Shown: positions 1-10,214, counted from the first letter of the stretch. The stretch: DNA of 64,000 nt from an uncultured Clostridia bacterium (GCA_937885645.1 CALABJ010000018.1:72203-136202); one strand, 5' to 3'. Translations and numbers: made by a program. The notes: generated from the sequence alone by a model not told the origin.

Positions 1-2079
1 TTTGGCTCAGTTGACGGTGACGGGGCGGCGGCTATGCGTTATACCGAAGCCCGTATGGCATCACTTGCCCTTGAACTTTTGAGGGATCTTGACAAAGATA
101 CCGTGTCTTGGACACCCAACTTTGACGACAGCCTTGAAGAGCCCACAACTCTCCCCGGCAGATTCCCCAACTTGCTGGTCAACGGCGCAAACGGCATTGC
201 AGTCGGCCTTGCCACAAACATCCCCACCCACAATATGGCAGAGAGCATTGACGCAGTGGTTGCAATGATTGACAATCCCTCAATCACCACGGCGGAACTT
301 CTCAAAGTGTTCAAAGGCCCCGATTTCCCCACAGGCGGATTTATCGTCCCTGTTGACAGCCTTGAATCAATCTATGAAACAGGCAAGGGCAGAATCAAAA
401 TTCGTTCACGCCTGCACGTTGAAGACGAGGACAACGGCAAGAAGAATATCGTCATCACCGAACTTCCTTATCAAGTCAACAAGGCGGAATTGCTCACCAA
501 GATTGCAGACTTGAGAGAAACCAACAAGGAATTGCTTTCAGGCATCAGCGACATCGTTGACGAAAGTGACAAGTCTGGTATGCGCGCGGTCATCAAATTG
601 AAGAAGGACGCACCTGTTGACAAGATTGTGGCTTTCCTCATGAAAAAGTCCAACCTTGAAATCGGCTACTCAGTCAACATCGTTGCAATCGCAGGGGGCA
701 AACCCGAGCAACTTGGGCTCAAAGACATACTGAAATATTACATCGCATATCAAAGAGAAATCATCGTCAAGCGCACGACCTTTGACCTTAAAGCCGCAAA
801 GGCAAGAGCAGAAATCGTCAAAGGCTTGCTCATTGCAATAGCCAACATTGACGAGGTCATCCAAATCATCAAGACCAGCGAAACCACCGCAAAGGCAAAG
901 GCAACACTCCGTGAAAGATTTGACCTCAGTGACGAGCAAGCACAAGCAATCCTTGATATGCGCCTCAAAGCCCTTGCACGTCTTGAAGTTGGCAAACTGG
1001 AAGAAGAACTTGCAAAGCTTGAAAAACTCATTTCAAAACTCAGTGCAATCCTTGCCAGCAAGGCAAAGCAATATGCAGTCATCAAGGATGAAATCCTTGA
1101 AATCAAAAAGAACAATCCTTCTCCTCGTCTTTCAGTCATATTGGGCGCAGAGGAAGGTGACAAGGTTGAAATCCCCACCGCAGAGGAGTCTGTTGCATAT
1201 CGTGAGGGCGTGTTTGTGTTGAACGATGCAGGCACAATAAGATTTATGTCACAAAAGAGCTATTCATTGGCGCTCAAGGATATGTCCGCTTATGGTGAAA
1301 ACGAACTCCCCAAACAAGTCCTGCACGTCAACAACAATGGCGCGCTGTACGCCTTCACTTCAAAGGGCAATCTTGTGAAGATTGACGTCACCACTCTCCC
1401 CGAAAAGAGATGGAGAGAGAAGGGCGTCACCATCGGCTCACTAAATCCTGAAGTGACCGCAGGCGAATACGTGGTCAAAGCCTTCTTCTTTGGCTCAACT
1501 CCCGTTGGCGAATTCCTCTTCTTCACAAAGCAAGGCATGGTCAAGCGCACCGACGTCAACGAGTATGCAGGCAGCAAGTCCTTTATGAACGCAGTCATTT
1601 TGGGGGACAATGACACACTCCTCAACGTAGAACTTGTTGACGATGAAAAGAACGTCTTTGAAGTGACCGCAGACGGACAATGCTTGCTCTACAATCCTCT
1701 TGAAGTGCCCCTCCAAGGCAGAAAGGCAGGGGGTGTCAAGGGTGTCAAGTTGAACGAAGGGGACAGCATCGTATTCGGCGGACTCATTGAAGAGGAAGGA
1801 GAAGTGGTCATCGTCACCACCACAGGCTACACAAAACGCGTCATATCCTCAACTCTTGAACTGTCTTCAAGGTACTTGAAGGGTGTCAAGATTGTTGACC
1901 TTGACAAGAGCAAAGTCAAGTACGTAGGCATGGTGAAAGAGCCCTATGACATAGCAATCGTCACCGGCGGAAAGACTTATATTGTCAACACTGAGGATAT
2001 CCGCATTGACACAAGAACAACCAAAGGCAAACAACTGTACAAAACACCTGTGACCTTAGTCACAAAAGTGAGCGAATAA
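1..2079 (+). CDS. Type IIA DNA topoisomerase subunit A (GyrA/ParC family), 5'-truncated by window edge; ParC-like
   Basis: Frame 1 is open from nt 1. Translation begins FGSVDGDGAAAMRYTEARM, a conserved GyrA/ParC motif. It continues through a coiled-coil region into C-terminal beta-pinwheel-type repeats (e.g. GRKAGGVKGVKL). I found no GyrA-box (QRRGGKG-like), so ParC type is favoured, not proven. Confidence 0.85.
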   Translation, partial: FGSVDGDGAAAMRYTEARMASLALELLRDLDKDTVSWTPNFDDSLEEPTTLPGRFPNLLVNGANGIAVGLATNIPTHNMAESIDAVVAMIDNPSITTAELLKVFKGPDFPTGGFIVPVDSLESIYETGKGRIKIRSRLHVEDEDNGKKNIVITELPYQVNKAELLTKIADLRETNKELLSGISDIVDESDKSGMRAVIKLKKDAPVDKIVAFLMKKSNLEIGYSVNIVAIAGGKPEQLGLKDILKYYIAYQREIIVKRTTFDLKAAKARAEIVKGLLIAIANIDEVIQIIKTSETTAKAKATLRERFDLSDEQAQAILDMRLKALARLEVGKLEEELAKLEKLISKLSAILASKAKQYAVIKDEILEIKKNNPSPRLSVILGAEEGDKVEIPTAEESVAYREGVFVLNDAGTIRFMSQKSYSLALKDMSAYGENELPKQVLHVNNNGALYAFTSKGNLVKIDVTTLPEKRWREKGVTIGSLNPEVTAGEYVVKAFFFGSTPVGEFLFFTKQGMVKRTDVNEYAGSKSFMNAVILGDNDTLLNVELVDDEKNVFEVTADGQCLLYNPLEVPLQGRKAGGVKGVKLNEGDSIVFGGLIEEEGEVVIVTTTGYTKRVISSTLELSSRYLKGVKIVDLDKSKVKYVGMVKEPYDIAIVTGGKTYIVNTEDIRIDTRTTKGKQLYKTPVTLVTKVSE

Positions 2080-2091
2080 AAGGACGACATT

Positions 2092-3579
2092 ATGAACAGA
2101 ATCGGATTTGACAAAGACCTTTATATGCAAAAGCAATCGGAGCATATTCTTGAAAGAATCAATCTTTTTGACAAGCTCTATCTTGAATTTGGCGGAAAAC
2201 TTTTCGACGATTTGCACGCAACAAGAGTTTTGCCCGGCTTTGACAAGGCGGCAAAAATCAAACTGCTCAAAAACTTGAAAGACGAAGCGGAACTTATCAT
2301 TTGCATAAACGCAAACGACATTGAACGAAACAAAATCCGCGCCGACTACGGCATCACTTACGGCAGTGAAGTGGAACGTATGATTGACAACATTTCCTCA
2401 ATGGGGATATATATCAACTGCGTTGTCATCACAATGTTCCAAGAGCAACCTGCCGCCCTTGCTTTCAAGTATAAACTTGAAAATCGTGGCGTAAAGGTCT
2501 ATGTCCATCGTCCTACAAAGGGCTATCCCAACGACATTGATGTCATCGTTTCAGATGAAGGATACGGCGCAAACCCCTACATTGAAACCACAAGACGCCT
2601 CGTTGTCTGCACAGCCCCCGGCCCCGGCAGTGGAAAACTTGCCACCTGCCTCAGCCAACTCTATCACGACCAAAAGAAGGGCATCAAAGGCGGATATGCA
2701 AAGTTTGAAACTTTCCCCATTTGGAATTTGCCCTTGACACACCCCGTCAACATTGCCTATGAGGCAGCAACCGCAGACCTTAAAGACGTCAACAAGATTG
2801 ACCACTTCCACCTTGAAGCCTATGGCAAGATGGCAGTCAACTACAATCGTGACATCGAGGTCTTCCCCTTGGTGAAGAATATCCTCACCAAAATTTCTGG
2901 GGGAGAGTTTGTCTATAACTCACCCACGGATATGGGTGTCAATATGGCAGGATATTGCATCATAGACAACGACGCTTGCGAAGAAGCATCAAAGCAAGAA
3001 GTTCTCCGCAGATACTACAAGGCAAGATGCGACTACAAAAACGGTCAAGGCACAAAGGGCACAATCGAGCGCCTTCGCGTGCTTATGTCCAAGCTTCAAG
3101 TGTCCGCAAATGACAGAAAGGTCATTGCATCAGCCCTCATCAAAAACCAAATTGCAGACGGAAAGGGTGCAGTGGCAATCGAGCTCCCTGACGGACAAAT
3201 CGTCACGGGCAGAAACACAAAACTTATGTCCGCAGCAGCGGCAGCAGTGTTCAACGCAGTGAAGACAATAGGCAAAATTGACGACGACATTGACCTCATC
3301 GCCCCTGTTGTCATCGAGCCTATCATCTCATTGAAATCTAAGGTCCTTCACGAAAAGCACACTCCTCTTTCACTTGAAGAAGCACTCCTTGCTTTGTCAG
3401 TGTGCGCAGCCACCAACCCCCTTGCAGCCAAGGCAGTGAAGAAACTTGAAATGCTTGCAGGCTGTGAAGCCCACTCATCACACATGCTTTTCAAGGCGGA
3501 CGAAAACCCTATGCGCAAACTTGGTTTGCACCTGACCTGTGAACCTGAGTTTTTGGACAACAATCTCTTCATCAACTAA
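2092..3579 (+). CDS. DUF1846 (UPF0371) family protein
   Basis: 495-aa ORF 12 nt after the upstream stop. The N-terminus MNRIGFDKDLYMQKQSEHILERI...LEFGGKLFDDLHATRVLPGF matches my memory of the UPF0371/DUF1846 family. Confidence 0.65.
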   Translation: MNRIGFDKDLYMQKQSEHILERINLFDKLYLEFGGKLFDDLHATRVLPGFDKAAKIKLLKNLKDEAELIICINANDIERNKIRADYGITYGSEVERMIDNISSMGIYINCVVITMFQEQPAALAFKYKLENRGVKVYVHRPTKGYPNDIDVIVSDEGYGANPYIETTRRLVVCTAPGPGSGKLATCLSQLYHDQKKGIKGGYAKFETFPIWNLPLTHPVNIAYEAATADLKDVNKIDHFHLEAYGKMAVNYNRDIEVFPLVKNILTKISGGEFVYNSPTDMGVNMAGYCIIDNDACEEASKQEVLRRYYKARCDYKNGQGTKGTIERLRVLMSKLQVSANDRKVIASALIKNQIADGKGAVAIELPDGQIVTGRNTKLMSAAAAAVFNAVKTIGKIDDDIDLIAPVVIEPIISLKSKVLHEKHTPLSLEEALLALSVCAATNPLAAKAVKKLEMLAGCEAHSSHMLFKADENPMRKLGLHLTCEPEFLDNNLFIN

Positions 3580-3671
3580 AACAGCACTTTTTCCTGCGGA
3601 AATGATAGGATAAAGTGGCATTTTGAAAAAACAAGTAATCAACGGTAAACCCGAAACATAGTGAGGTAAAT

Positions 3672-5450
3672 ATGCAAGTCAAACAAAGAAATGAAATCGA
3701 ACAAAAGTACAAGTGGCACCTTGAGGACATCTTTGAAAGCAACGATGCTTGGGAAGAAGCATTTTTTGCAACCGAAGAGATGATCCCCAGCATCGCAAAG
3801 TTCAACGGCAAGCTCAACGATGATGACAATATCCTTGAATGCCTTACTCTCACCACAAAGATTGGTCACGAACTGTCAAGACTTTATCAATATGCACGTA
3901 TGCGCCGTGACGAGGATTCTCGTGAAAGTGTCTATCAAGGCATGACTGACAGAGCAGAAATGCTCATGGTAAAGTTTGGCTCATTGTCATCATACATTTC
4001 ACCTGAACTGACCGAACTTCCCACCGAAAAACTTGAAGCACTGAAAAAGGACAAGAGATTTGCTGATTACGACGTCAGCATCGATGAACTCATCCGTGAC
4101 AAGAGCATCACCCTCTCAAAGAAGGAAGAAAAACTCCTCAGCGAAATGCGCTTGTTCAGTGGCAACAGCGGTGAAGTCTTCACAATGTTTGACAACGCAG
4201 ACGTCAAGTTTGACCCCATTGAAGACGAAGAGGGCAACAAGATTGAAATGAGCCACGGCGTCTATTCAATGATGATGCAAAACCCCAATCAAGAGATGAG
4301 AAGAAAGGCATTTGAAAGCATGTTCAACGCCTACAAAAACTACGTCAACACCCTTGCAGTCAACTACGGCGGAAACGTGAAGAAAAACTGGTTCTTTGCA
4401 AAGATACGTGGTTTCAACACCGCACTTGACTACTCAATGTACAATGAAAACGTGCCTTCAACTTGCTACAAGAAACTTCTTGAAGCAGTGGACAAAGGCA
4501 CAGCACCTCTTCATAGATATATCGCTCTCCGCAAGCGCATTTTGGGCATTGACCTCAACATGTACGACCTGCATGTGCCCATCATCAAAGCACAAAACCT
4601 TGCTTTGCCCTATGAAGAAGCAGTGGAAACCGTGAAAGAAGCATTGAAGGTTATGGGCAAGGAATACAGCGACATTTTGGCATCAGCATTCACCGACGGC
4701 TGGATTGACGTCTATGAAAACAAGGGAAAGAGAAGTGGCGCATACAGCTGGGGTTGCTATGGTGTTCACCCCTTCGTCCTCCTCAACTATCACGAAACAA
4801 CCCACGATATTTTCACCATTGCCCACGAACTTGGCCACGCATTGCACTCCTATTATTCAAATGCAAACCAATGTGAAGAAAAGGCAGGCTACAAGATTTT
4901 CGTTGCAGAAATCGCATCAACCGTCAACGAAGTGCTCCTTCTCAAACACCTTTTGAAGACAGCCACCGGCGAGTTTAGGAAATATCTCCTTTCATATTAT
5001 CTTGATATGTTCCGCACAACCCTGTTCCGTCAAACAATGTTCTCAGAGTTTGAAGTGGCAGCCCACACAATGGTTGAAAGTGGAGTGCCTGTCACCGCAG
5101 ACGCACTGTCCAATGCCTACTATGAACTGAACAAGAAGTATTATGGCGAAGCAGTCAACCACAACGACCTTATCCGCTATGAATGGGCAAGAATCCCTCA
5201 CTTCTACAGAAGCTACTACGTTTATAAGTACGCAACCGGCATCACCACCGCAGTGACCATCGCCAACAATATCCTCACCTATGGTGAAGAATATTTCAAC
5301 AAATATCGCAAATTCCTCAGCGCAGGCGGATCACTTGCCCCTCTTGACATCATCCGTCTTGCTGACGTAGACCTTGAAACTTCCGCACCCTTTGAAAAGG
5401 CTATGGAAGAATTTGACAAAACCCTCAAAGAACTTGAAGAACTTGTCTAA
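3672..5450 (+). CDS. pepF: Oligoendopeptidase F (M3B metallopeptidase)
   Basis: 592-aa ORF with the HEXXH zinc motif in TIAHELGHALH. Length and layout are typical of PepF. GTGAGG lies upstream of the ATG. Confidence 0.9.
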   Translation: MQVKQRNEIEQKYKWHLEDIFESNDAWEEAFFATEEMIPSIAKFNGKLNDDDNILECLTLTTKIGHELSRLYQYARMRRDEDSRESVYQGMTDRAEMLMVKFGSLSSYISPELTELPTEKLEALKKDKRFADYDVSIDELIRDKSITLSKKEEKLLSEMRLFSGNSGEVFTMFDNADVKFDPIEDEEGNKIEMSHGVYSMMMQNPNQEMRRKAFESMFNAYKNYVNTLAVNYGGNVKKNWFFAKIRGFNTALDYSMYNENVPSTCYKKLLEAVDKGTAPLHRYIALRKRILGIDLNMYDLHVPIIKAQNLALPYEEAVETVKEALKVMGKEYSDILASAFTDGWIDVYENKGKRSGAYSWGCYGVHPFVLLNYHETTHDIFTIAHELGHALHSYYSNANQCEEKAGYKIFVAEIASTVNEVLLLKHLLKTATGEFRKYLLSYYLDMFRTTLFRQTMFSEFEVAAHTMVESGVPVTADALSNAYYELNKKYYGEAVNHNDLIRYEWARIPHFYRSYYVYKYATGITTAVTIANNILTYGEEYFNKYRKFLSAGGSLAPLDIIRLADVDLETSAPFEKAMEEFDKTLKELEELV

Positions 5451-6021
5451 AATTGCAATAATAATCTTGCTCCTTTTGGTAGGTTTGGTGGCGGTAGGTT
5501 GCAACAGCACCGACACCGCTCCTGCCACCTACGGAGTGTACGTCAAGTCAGTCACTGTGGAGGAGGACGTTTGCACAGTCCGTCTTTCCCGTTCGGGAAA
5601 GGGAGAGTCCCTTCAAGACTCGGTGATTGCAGTTGAAGAGGTGGGTGGAAGCTTTTTTGACACCTACATTTACACCGTGTCCTTTGACGGCGGGGCAACA
5701 TTTAGTGCCGTCAACCATCTTCTCACCCAAGATGTCACAATCTTGGAAGGGAAGGAATATTCCACTTTGAAAATAGTCTATGACTATGATACAATCTACA
5801 AATCAATAAAAAGTGACGGAGTCCACACCAAATCAGGTAGAACTCACACCCACTCTTTTGAGGTGGTGGAAGGACCTTTTCAAGTGACCTTGACAAGGGA
5901 AGTGCCCAACCAATCAGTGTGGTACGCCGTTGCAATCGGTGGGACAGTTGCGTTGCTTCTGGTGGCAGTTGTCACACTGAAAGTGGTCAGAGGAAAGTAT
6001 GGCAGAAAAGAAGAAAACTGA
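5443..6021 (+). CDS. Hypothetical lipoprotein with C-terminal membrane anchor
   Basis: The tracked ORF (5374) overlaps pepF by 77 nt. An in-frame TTG at 5443 gives (M)SKIAIIILLLLVGLVAVGC, a lipoprotein-type signal peptide. A hydrophobic helix lies near the C-terminus (WYAVAIGGTVALLLVAVVTL). The start codon is uncertain. Confidence 0.5.
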   Translation: MSKIAIIILLLLVGLVAVGCNSTDTAPATYGVYVKSVTVEEDVCTVRLSRSGKGESLQDSVIAVEEVGGSFFDTYIYTVSFDGGATFSAVNHLLTQDVTILEGKEYSTLKIVYDYDTIYKSIKSDGVHTKSGRTHTHSFEVVEGPFQVTLTREVPNQSVWYAVAIGGTVALLLVAVVTLKVVRGKYGRKEEN

Positions 6022-7537
6022 AAGAAAAAACCTGCGCGCAATGCCCAACAACGTTGAGGCAGAGCAAAACGTCTTGGGCGCATTGCTCATTGACGACAAA
6101 ATGGCAGACGTCATTATGCCCACTCTCGCAGTGGAGGACTTTTTCGTAAGTCAAAACCGCATAATCTACTCCGCTATGCGTGAACTTGTTGAGCGCAGTT
6201 CCCCCATTGACACCGTGTCAGTGGCAGACAAGCTGGAACTTCAAGGCAAACTTGACGAAGTGGGAAGCATTGACTATCTCAACTCACTTGCAATGGGAGT
6301 TGTCAGCAGTGCCAACGCAAAATACTACGCCGACATCATCAAGCGTGACTCTTTGACACGCAAGGTCATCTCTGCCGGCAACGACATTTTGGAATATGCC
6401 TACACTTGCGAAGACGGCGCAGACGCCCTTGGCAAAGCAGAGCAACTTGTGTTCAAGATTGCAGAAGAAAAAACTGACAAAGCACTGACCCACGCAAAAG
6501 AAGCCCTTGCCACCGCTTTCCAAAACATACAAGACGCACAAGCAGGCAACACCCCTAGCAACCTTATCTTCACAGGGTTCACCAACCTTGACAGAAAGAC
6601 AAAAGGTTTGAAGCCCGGTGACTTTGTCATCCTCGCCGCTCGTCCCGGTGTTGGTAAAACAGCTCTTGCACTGAACATTGCCGTCAACTGCTTGCTGAAA
6701 AACAAGACCGTTGCAGTGTTCAATATGGAAATGACCGCACCCTCACTTGTCAAACGTATGCTTGCATATCTTTCAGGCGTCACCTTTGAAAGCATGGACG
6801 TCCGCGGACAACTGAGCGACTCTGACATAGCCAAACTCTACAACGCATACACAACCCTTCTTGGCAAGGAACTTTACATAGACGACTACTCAATGAATCA
6901 CCCCAGTGATATCCTTTCAAAGTGCCGTAGATTGAAACGTGAAAAAGGTCTTGACCTTGTCATTGTCGACTATCTCCAACTTATGGAAGCGGACAGCAAG
7001 GGCAGAGCATCTGAGTCAAGACAAAATGACGTCAGCACAATGTCACGTCAACTGAAAGTCTATGCAAAGGAACTGGGCGTGCCCATCCTTGCACTGTCAC
7101 AAATGAGCCGTGGCGCAGAAAAGGAAGGCAGAGCACCTCAACTGAGTGACCTTCGTGACTCAGGCGCAATCGAGCAAGATGCTGACGTCGTCATGTTCTT
7201 GCACGATCCTAGCAAGGTTGATGAAAATCTTCCTAAGGATGAAATCCTACTTCTCCTCCGCAAAAACAGAAGCGGTTCAATTGGTGAAATGAAACTCCAC
7301 TGGGACGGCAACACCACCACTTTCCGTGATATTGATGAAAGTGGTGCAGTGAGAGAGCCTGAAACCCCAGTCATCCAAGGTGACGTCACCCGTCTTGAAG
7401 AGGTTGAAACCAACGGCAATCCCATGCCTTTCCAAGAGTTGGCAGGGGACTTTGAAGAAGTTGTCACCGCAGAAGTGTTGCCCTTTGACGACGACGATAT
7501 GGAATACGTTGACGAAGGAGATGACCTTCCTTTCTAA
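5999..7537 (+). CDS. dnaB: Replicative DNA helicase DnaB with a 66-aa acidic C-terminal extension
   Basis: N-terminal NVEAEQNVLGALLID, Walker A ARPGVGKTALAL, and IVDYLQLM...LSQMSRG motifs. AGAGGAAAG lies upstream of the ATG. The canonical end (...WDGNTTTFRDID) is followed by an extra tail ending DEGDDLPF. Confidence 0.95.
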   Translation: MAEKKKTERKNLRAMPNNVEAEQNVLGALLIDDKMADVIMPTLAVEDFFVSQNRIIYSAMRELVERSSPIDTVSVADKLELQGKLDEVGSIDYLNSLAMGVVSSANAKYYADIIKRDSLTRKVISAGNDILEYAYTCEDGADALGKAEQLVFKIAEEKTDKALTHAKEALATAFQNIQDAQAGNTPSNLIFTGFTNLDRKTKGLKPGDFVILAARPGVGKTALALNIAVNCLLKNKTVAVFNMEMTAPSLVKRMLAYLSGVTFESMDVRGQLSDSDIAKLYNAYTTLLGKELYIDDYSMNHPSDILSKCRRLKREKGLDLVIVDYLQLMEADSKGRASESRQNDVSTMSRQLKVYAKELGVPILALSQMSRGAEKEGRAPQLSDLRDSGAIEQDADVVMFLHDPSKVDENLPKDEILLLLRKNRSGSIGEMKLHWDGNTTTFRDIDESGAVREPETPVIQGDVTRLEEVETNGNPMPFQELAGDFEEVVTAEVLPFDDDDMEYVDEGDDLPF

Positions 7538-7562
7538 AATCTAGCACAAATGAAATGAAAAG

Positions 7563-7591
7563 AGGACAGAGAAATCTGTCCTTTTTATTTT
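7563..7591 (+). terminator. Rho-independent terminator after dnaB
   Basis: aggacaga-gaaa-tctgtcct stem-loop followed by a T-run. Confidence 0.6.
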
Positions 7592-7645
7592 GCCCACAAA
7601 AAGGTTTGTCCTCATACTCCTCACGCGCGCGACATATATTAAAGT

Positions 7646-7894
7646 ATGTTTTTTGACGAGTTGAAATTGAAACTAAATCTTGAAGACGTAGTCCACTTTT
7701 CGGTGACAATATTAGGAAGAAATGCCCTTGTCATCGAGGGTGTAAAAAACGTTGTTTTTTCAAACGAAAATCAGCTTAAAGCAAGGGTGAAAAAGTGTGT
7801 TGTTTCAGTCAGCGGTGAGAGGCTCAAAATCAAGGAAATAGGTGACGGAAACATCCTCATTTCAGGAGTTATAAACGGGGTGCAATATGAGTGA
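7646..7894 (+). CDS. yqfC: Sporulation protein YqfC (YabP family)
   Basis: 82-aa ORF with YabP/YqfC-like sequence (VTILGRNALVIEGVKNV...LKIKEIGDGNILISG). It sits directly before yqfD and phoH, as in the Bacillus yqfC-yqfD-phoH order. Confidence 0.75.
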   Translation: MFFDELKLKLNLEDVVHFSVTILGRNALVIEGVKNVVFSNENQLKARVKKCVVSVSGERLKIKEIGDGNILISGVINGVQYE

Positions 7895-9209
7895 AAACAG
7901 AGTATCTAAACGGACAAAATCCAAAATTACACCAAAAATCACTGACAGCAAAAAGCCCTTGAAATTTAGGAAAAATGAAGTGGATAGTGTCACTGAAAAA
8001 CCCCGCAAAATAAAAGAGAGAAACCACGAAAGGAAAGAGAGCAAAACCGTCACCGAAAATAGGGTTGAAACACCCGTTGAAGTCAAGAGGGAAACCATAT
8101 CAAAACTCAGCCTTTTGATGAGGAAAATTGAGGACAAACTTGCCCCCTTCGGCACGGATATTCACAGGGTGGAAACCCCCACTTTTTCACGGCTTTTGAA
8201 CGAACTTTCTCGTGTTGCACACTTCAAAAAAGTGGAGCACAAAGAGGGTGTTTTGACCTTTTACGCCCCAAGAAAAGAAAGACGCGAAATTATTGCAATA
8301 ATAAATAACTTATGTTATACTCATACTATTGTAGGCACAAAAGGCTTTCCCTACGCTCTTCTTTCCGTCCTAAAAAGGACGGGGTTGGTGGTTGGGTTGT
8401 TTTGTGCTGTATGCACTTTTATCATTTATCCCCACTTTGTTTTCAAGGTGGAATACGGCGGAAATGACAGGAGTGTTTTGGACGTCCTCGACGCCTACGG
8501 CATTGAGGAAGGGGCACTGATTTTTGGCTTTGACGACAAGGCGGTTGAAAGAGCCTTGTTAGGTCTTGACGGAGTGTCCTTTGCGTCTGTGGAGAAACTT
8601 GGCACGCGCGTGTATGTGAGTGTGGTGCGTGAGCTTGCCCGTGACGAGTACGTAGGTGGAGGCGCGCCCCCGACGGCACTGAAAAGTGGAGTTGTCACAA
8701 GAGTGATTGTCTTTTCAGGCACGGCGGAAGTGCAGGTAGGCGATGAGGTCAATGTAGGTCAAATCCTCATCGGCGACTATTATCTCAAAGGTGAGGACAA
8801 AATCCCTGCCGTTGCCAACGGATACGTGTATGGTGAGAGAGTGGTGACGGTGTCGCGGTTTTATCCCGACAGAGTTATGACCGAAAGCGGACGGACAAAG
8901 ACAAAAACCGTCATAGGTCTGTTTCGTGGGAGCAAAACTCCAAAACCGCCCTTTGACAACTACACTGTGAAAAAGACGGTGACAAAAAACGACTTTCTCA
9001 TCCCTTTCACGGTGTACGAGTGGACCTATCACGAAGTGGTGGAAGTGGATTTCACCGCCAGTGATGAGGAGCTGAAGCAAATCGCCTATGGCGAAGTGAT
9101 AGACAAAAACCAATTTGAAAAGGTGAGTTCGTGGCAAGCCCAAGTCGAAAGAGTTGACGGCGGACGGCTTGTGACACTGACTTTGACAGTGGAGGAAAGG
9201 CTCAATTGA
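7887..9209 (+). CDS. yqfD: Sporulation protein YqfD with Lys-rich N-terminal extension
   Basis: 440-aa ORF whose ATG overlaps the yqfC stop. It has a central hydrophobic segment (GLVVGLFCAVCTFIIYPHFVF). Its position between yqfC and phoH also fits. The first ~90 aa are K/E/R-rich low complexity. Confidence 0.7.
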   Translation: MSENRVSKRTKSKITPKITDSKKPLKFRKNEVDSVTEKPRKIKERNHERKESKTVTENRVETPVEVKRETISKLSLLMRKIEDKLAPFGTDIHRVETPTFSRLLNELSRVAHFKKVEHKEGVLTFYAPRKERREIIAIINNLCYTHTIVGTKGFPYALLSVLKRTGLVVGLFCAVCTFIIYPHFVFKVEYGGNDRSVLDVLDAYGIEEGALIFGFDDKAVERALLGLDGVSFASVEKLGTRVYVSVVRELARDEYVGGGAPPTALKSGVVTRVIVFSGTAEVQVGDEVNVGQILIGDYYLKGEDKIPAVANGYVYGERVVTVSRFYPDRVMTESGRTKTKTVIGLFRGSKTPKPPFDNYTVKKTVTKNDFLIPFTVYEWTYHEVVEVDFTASDEELKQIAYGEVIDKNQFEKVSSWQAQVERVDGGRLVTLTLTVEERLN

Positions 9210-10198
9210 AGATTTCAAGAGACAAGCATTTTGATGATTATGACACATTAGTCATGCTTTTTGGCGGACTTGACGGCAACGTAGAACGCATTGAAGACGC
9301 TTTCAACGTCAAGATTTTCACAGGCAGTTCAGTGATGAAGATCACTGGTGAAGAAAAGGACGTCCTTGACGCCATATCCGCAATAGACGCCATAGCAACC
9401 CTTTCAAAAAAGGACACCTTGACCACAACCCAAATTTGTATGGTCATTGATATGGTCAAAAGCGGACAAGTGGCTTCTCTTAATGATTTGATGGGCACTG
9501 TGGCAATCACCGCAAAGGGCAAAGTCATACGTCCCAAATCACTTGGACAAAAGGAATACGTTGATGCCATCCGCAAAAACAAGATTGTTTTTGGCATAGG
9601 ACCTGCCGGCACAGGCAAGACCTATCTTGCAGTGGCCCTTGCAGTGTATGCACTGAAAAACCACGACGTAGAAAGGATAATTTTGACACGTCCTGCCGTT
9701 GAAGCCGGCGAAAAACTTGGTTTCCTCCCCGGCGACCTTGCTGAAAAGGTTGATCCCTATCTTCGCCCCATATACGATGCTCTTCAAGACACGATGGGTG
9801 GGGATAGTTATCTCAAAGCCATTGAGCGCGGAAGCATAGAAATCGCACCCCTCGCTTACATGCGCGGGCGTACGTTGTCCAACAGTTTCATCATTCTTGA
9901 CGAGGCGCAAAACACCACAAGAGAGCAGATGAAGATGTTTTTGACACGTATGGGTGAAGGAAGCAAAATCGTGGTGACTGGGGATATAACACAAATTGAC
10001 CTGCCTCACCACGTCACAAGCGGTATGAAAGATGCAGTCAGTGTCCTTGAAGGCCTTGACGACATAAAGGTTATCCGCTTTGACCACAGAGACGTTGTCC
10101 GTCATGAACTTGTATCTCGCATAATACGCGCCTACGAGAAAGCGGACAAGGAAAGAGAACAAAAGAGAAAGGAAAACACTGAAAACGGGGACAAATAA
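9206..10198 (+). CDS. phoH: PhoH-like ATPase
   Basis: Walker A GPAGTGKTYLA and Walker B ILDEAQN. TTG start preceded by GGAGGAAAGG, overlapping the yqfD stop. Confidence 0.9.
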   Translation: MKISRDKHFDDYDTLVMLFGGLDGNVERIEDAFNVKIFTGSSVMKITGEEKDVLDAISAIDAIATLSKKDTLTTTQICMVIDMVKSGQVASLNDLMGTVAITAKGKVIRPKSLGQKEYVDAIRKNKIVFGIGPAGTGKTYLAVALAVYALKNHDVERIILTRPAVEAGEKLGFLPGDLAEKVDPYLRPIYDALQDTMGGDSYLKAIERGSIEIAPLAYMRGRTLSNSFIILDEAQNTTREQMKMFLTRMGEGSKIVVTGDITQIDLPHHVTSGMKDAVSVLEGLDDIKVIRFDHRDVVRHELVSRIIRAYEKADKEREQKRKENTENGDK

Positions 10199-10214
10199 CC
10201 CGTGAGAGAAAGTT

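Noticed and set aside
5374-5442. Upstream extension of the lipoprotein ORF (tracked start 5374)
   Set aside because: It would overlap pepF by 77 nt and place 23 non-hydrophobic residues before an otherwise canonical signal peptide. The in-frame TTG at 5443 gives a textbook lipoprotein N-terminus. This remains uncertain.
8715-10162. 177-aa and 207-aa minus-strand ORFs (8715-9248, 9539-10162)
   Set aside because: Antisense to yqfD and phoH. They have no RBS or recognisable motifs, whereas the plus-strand genes have Walker motifs and operon coupling.
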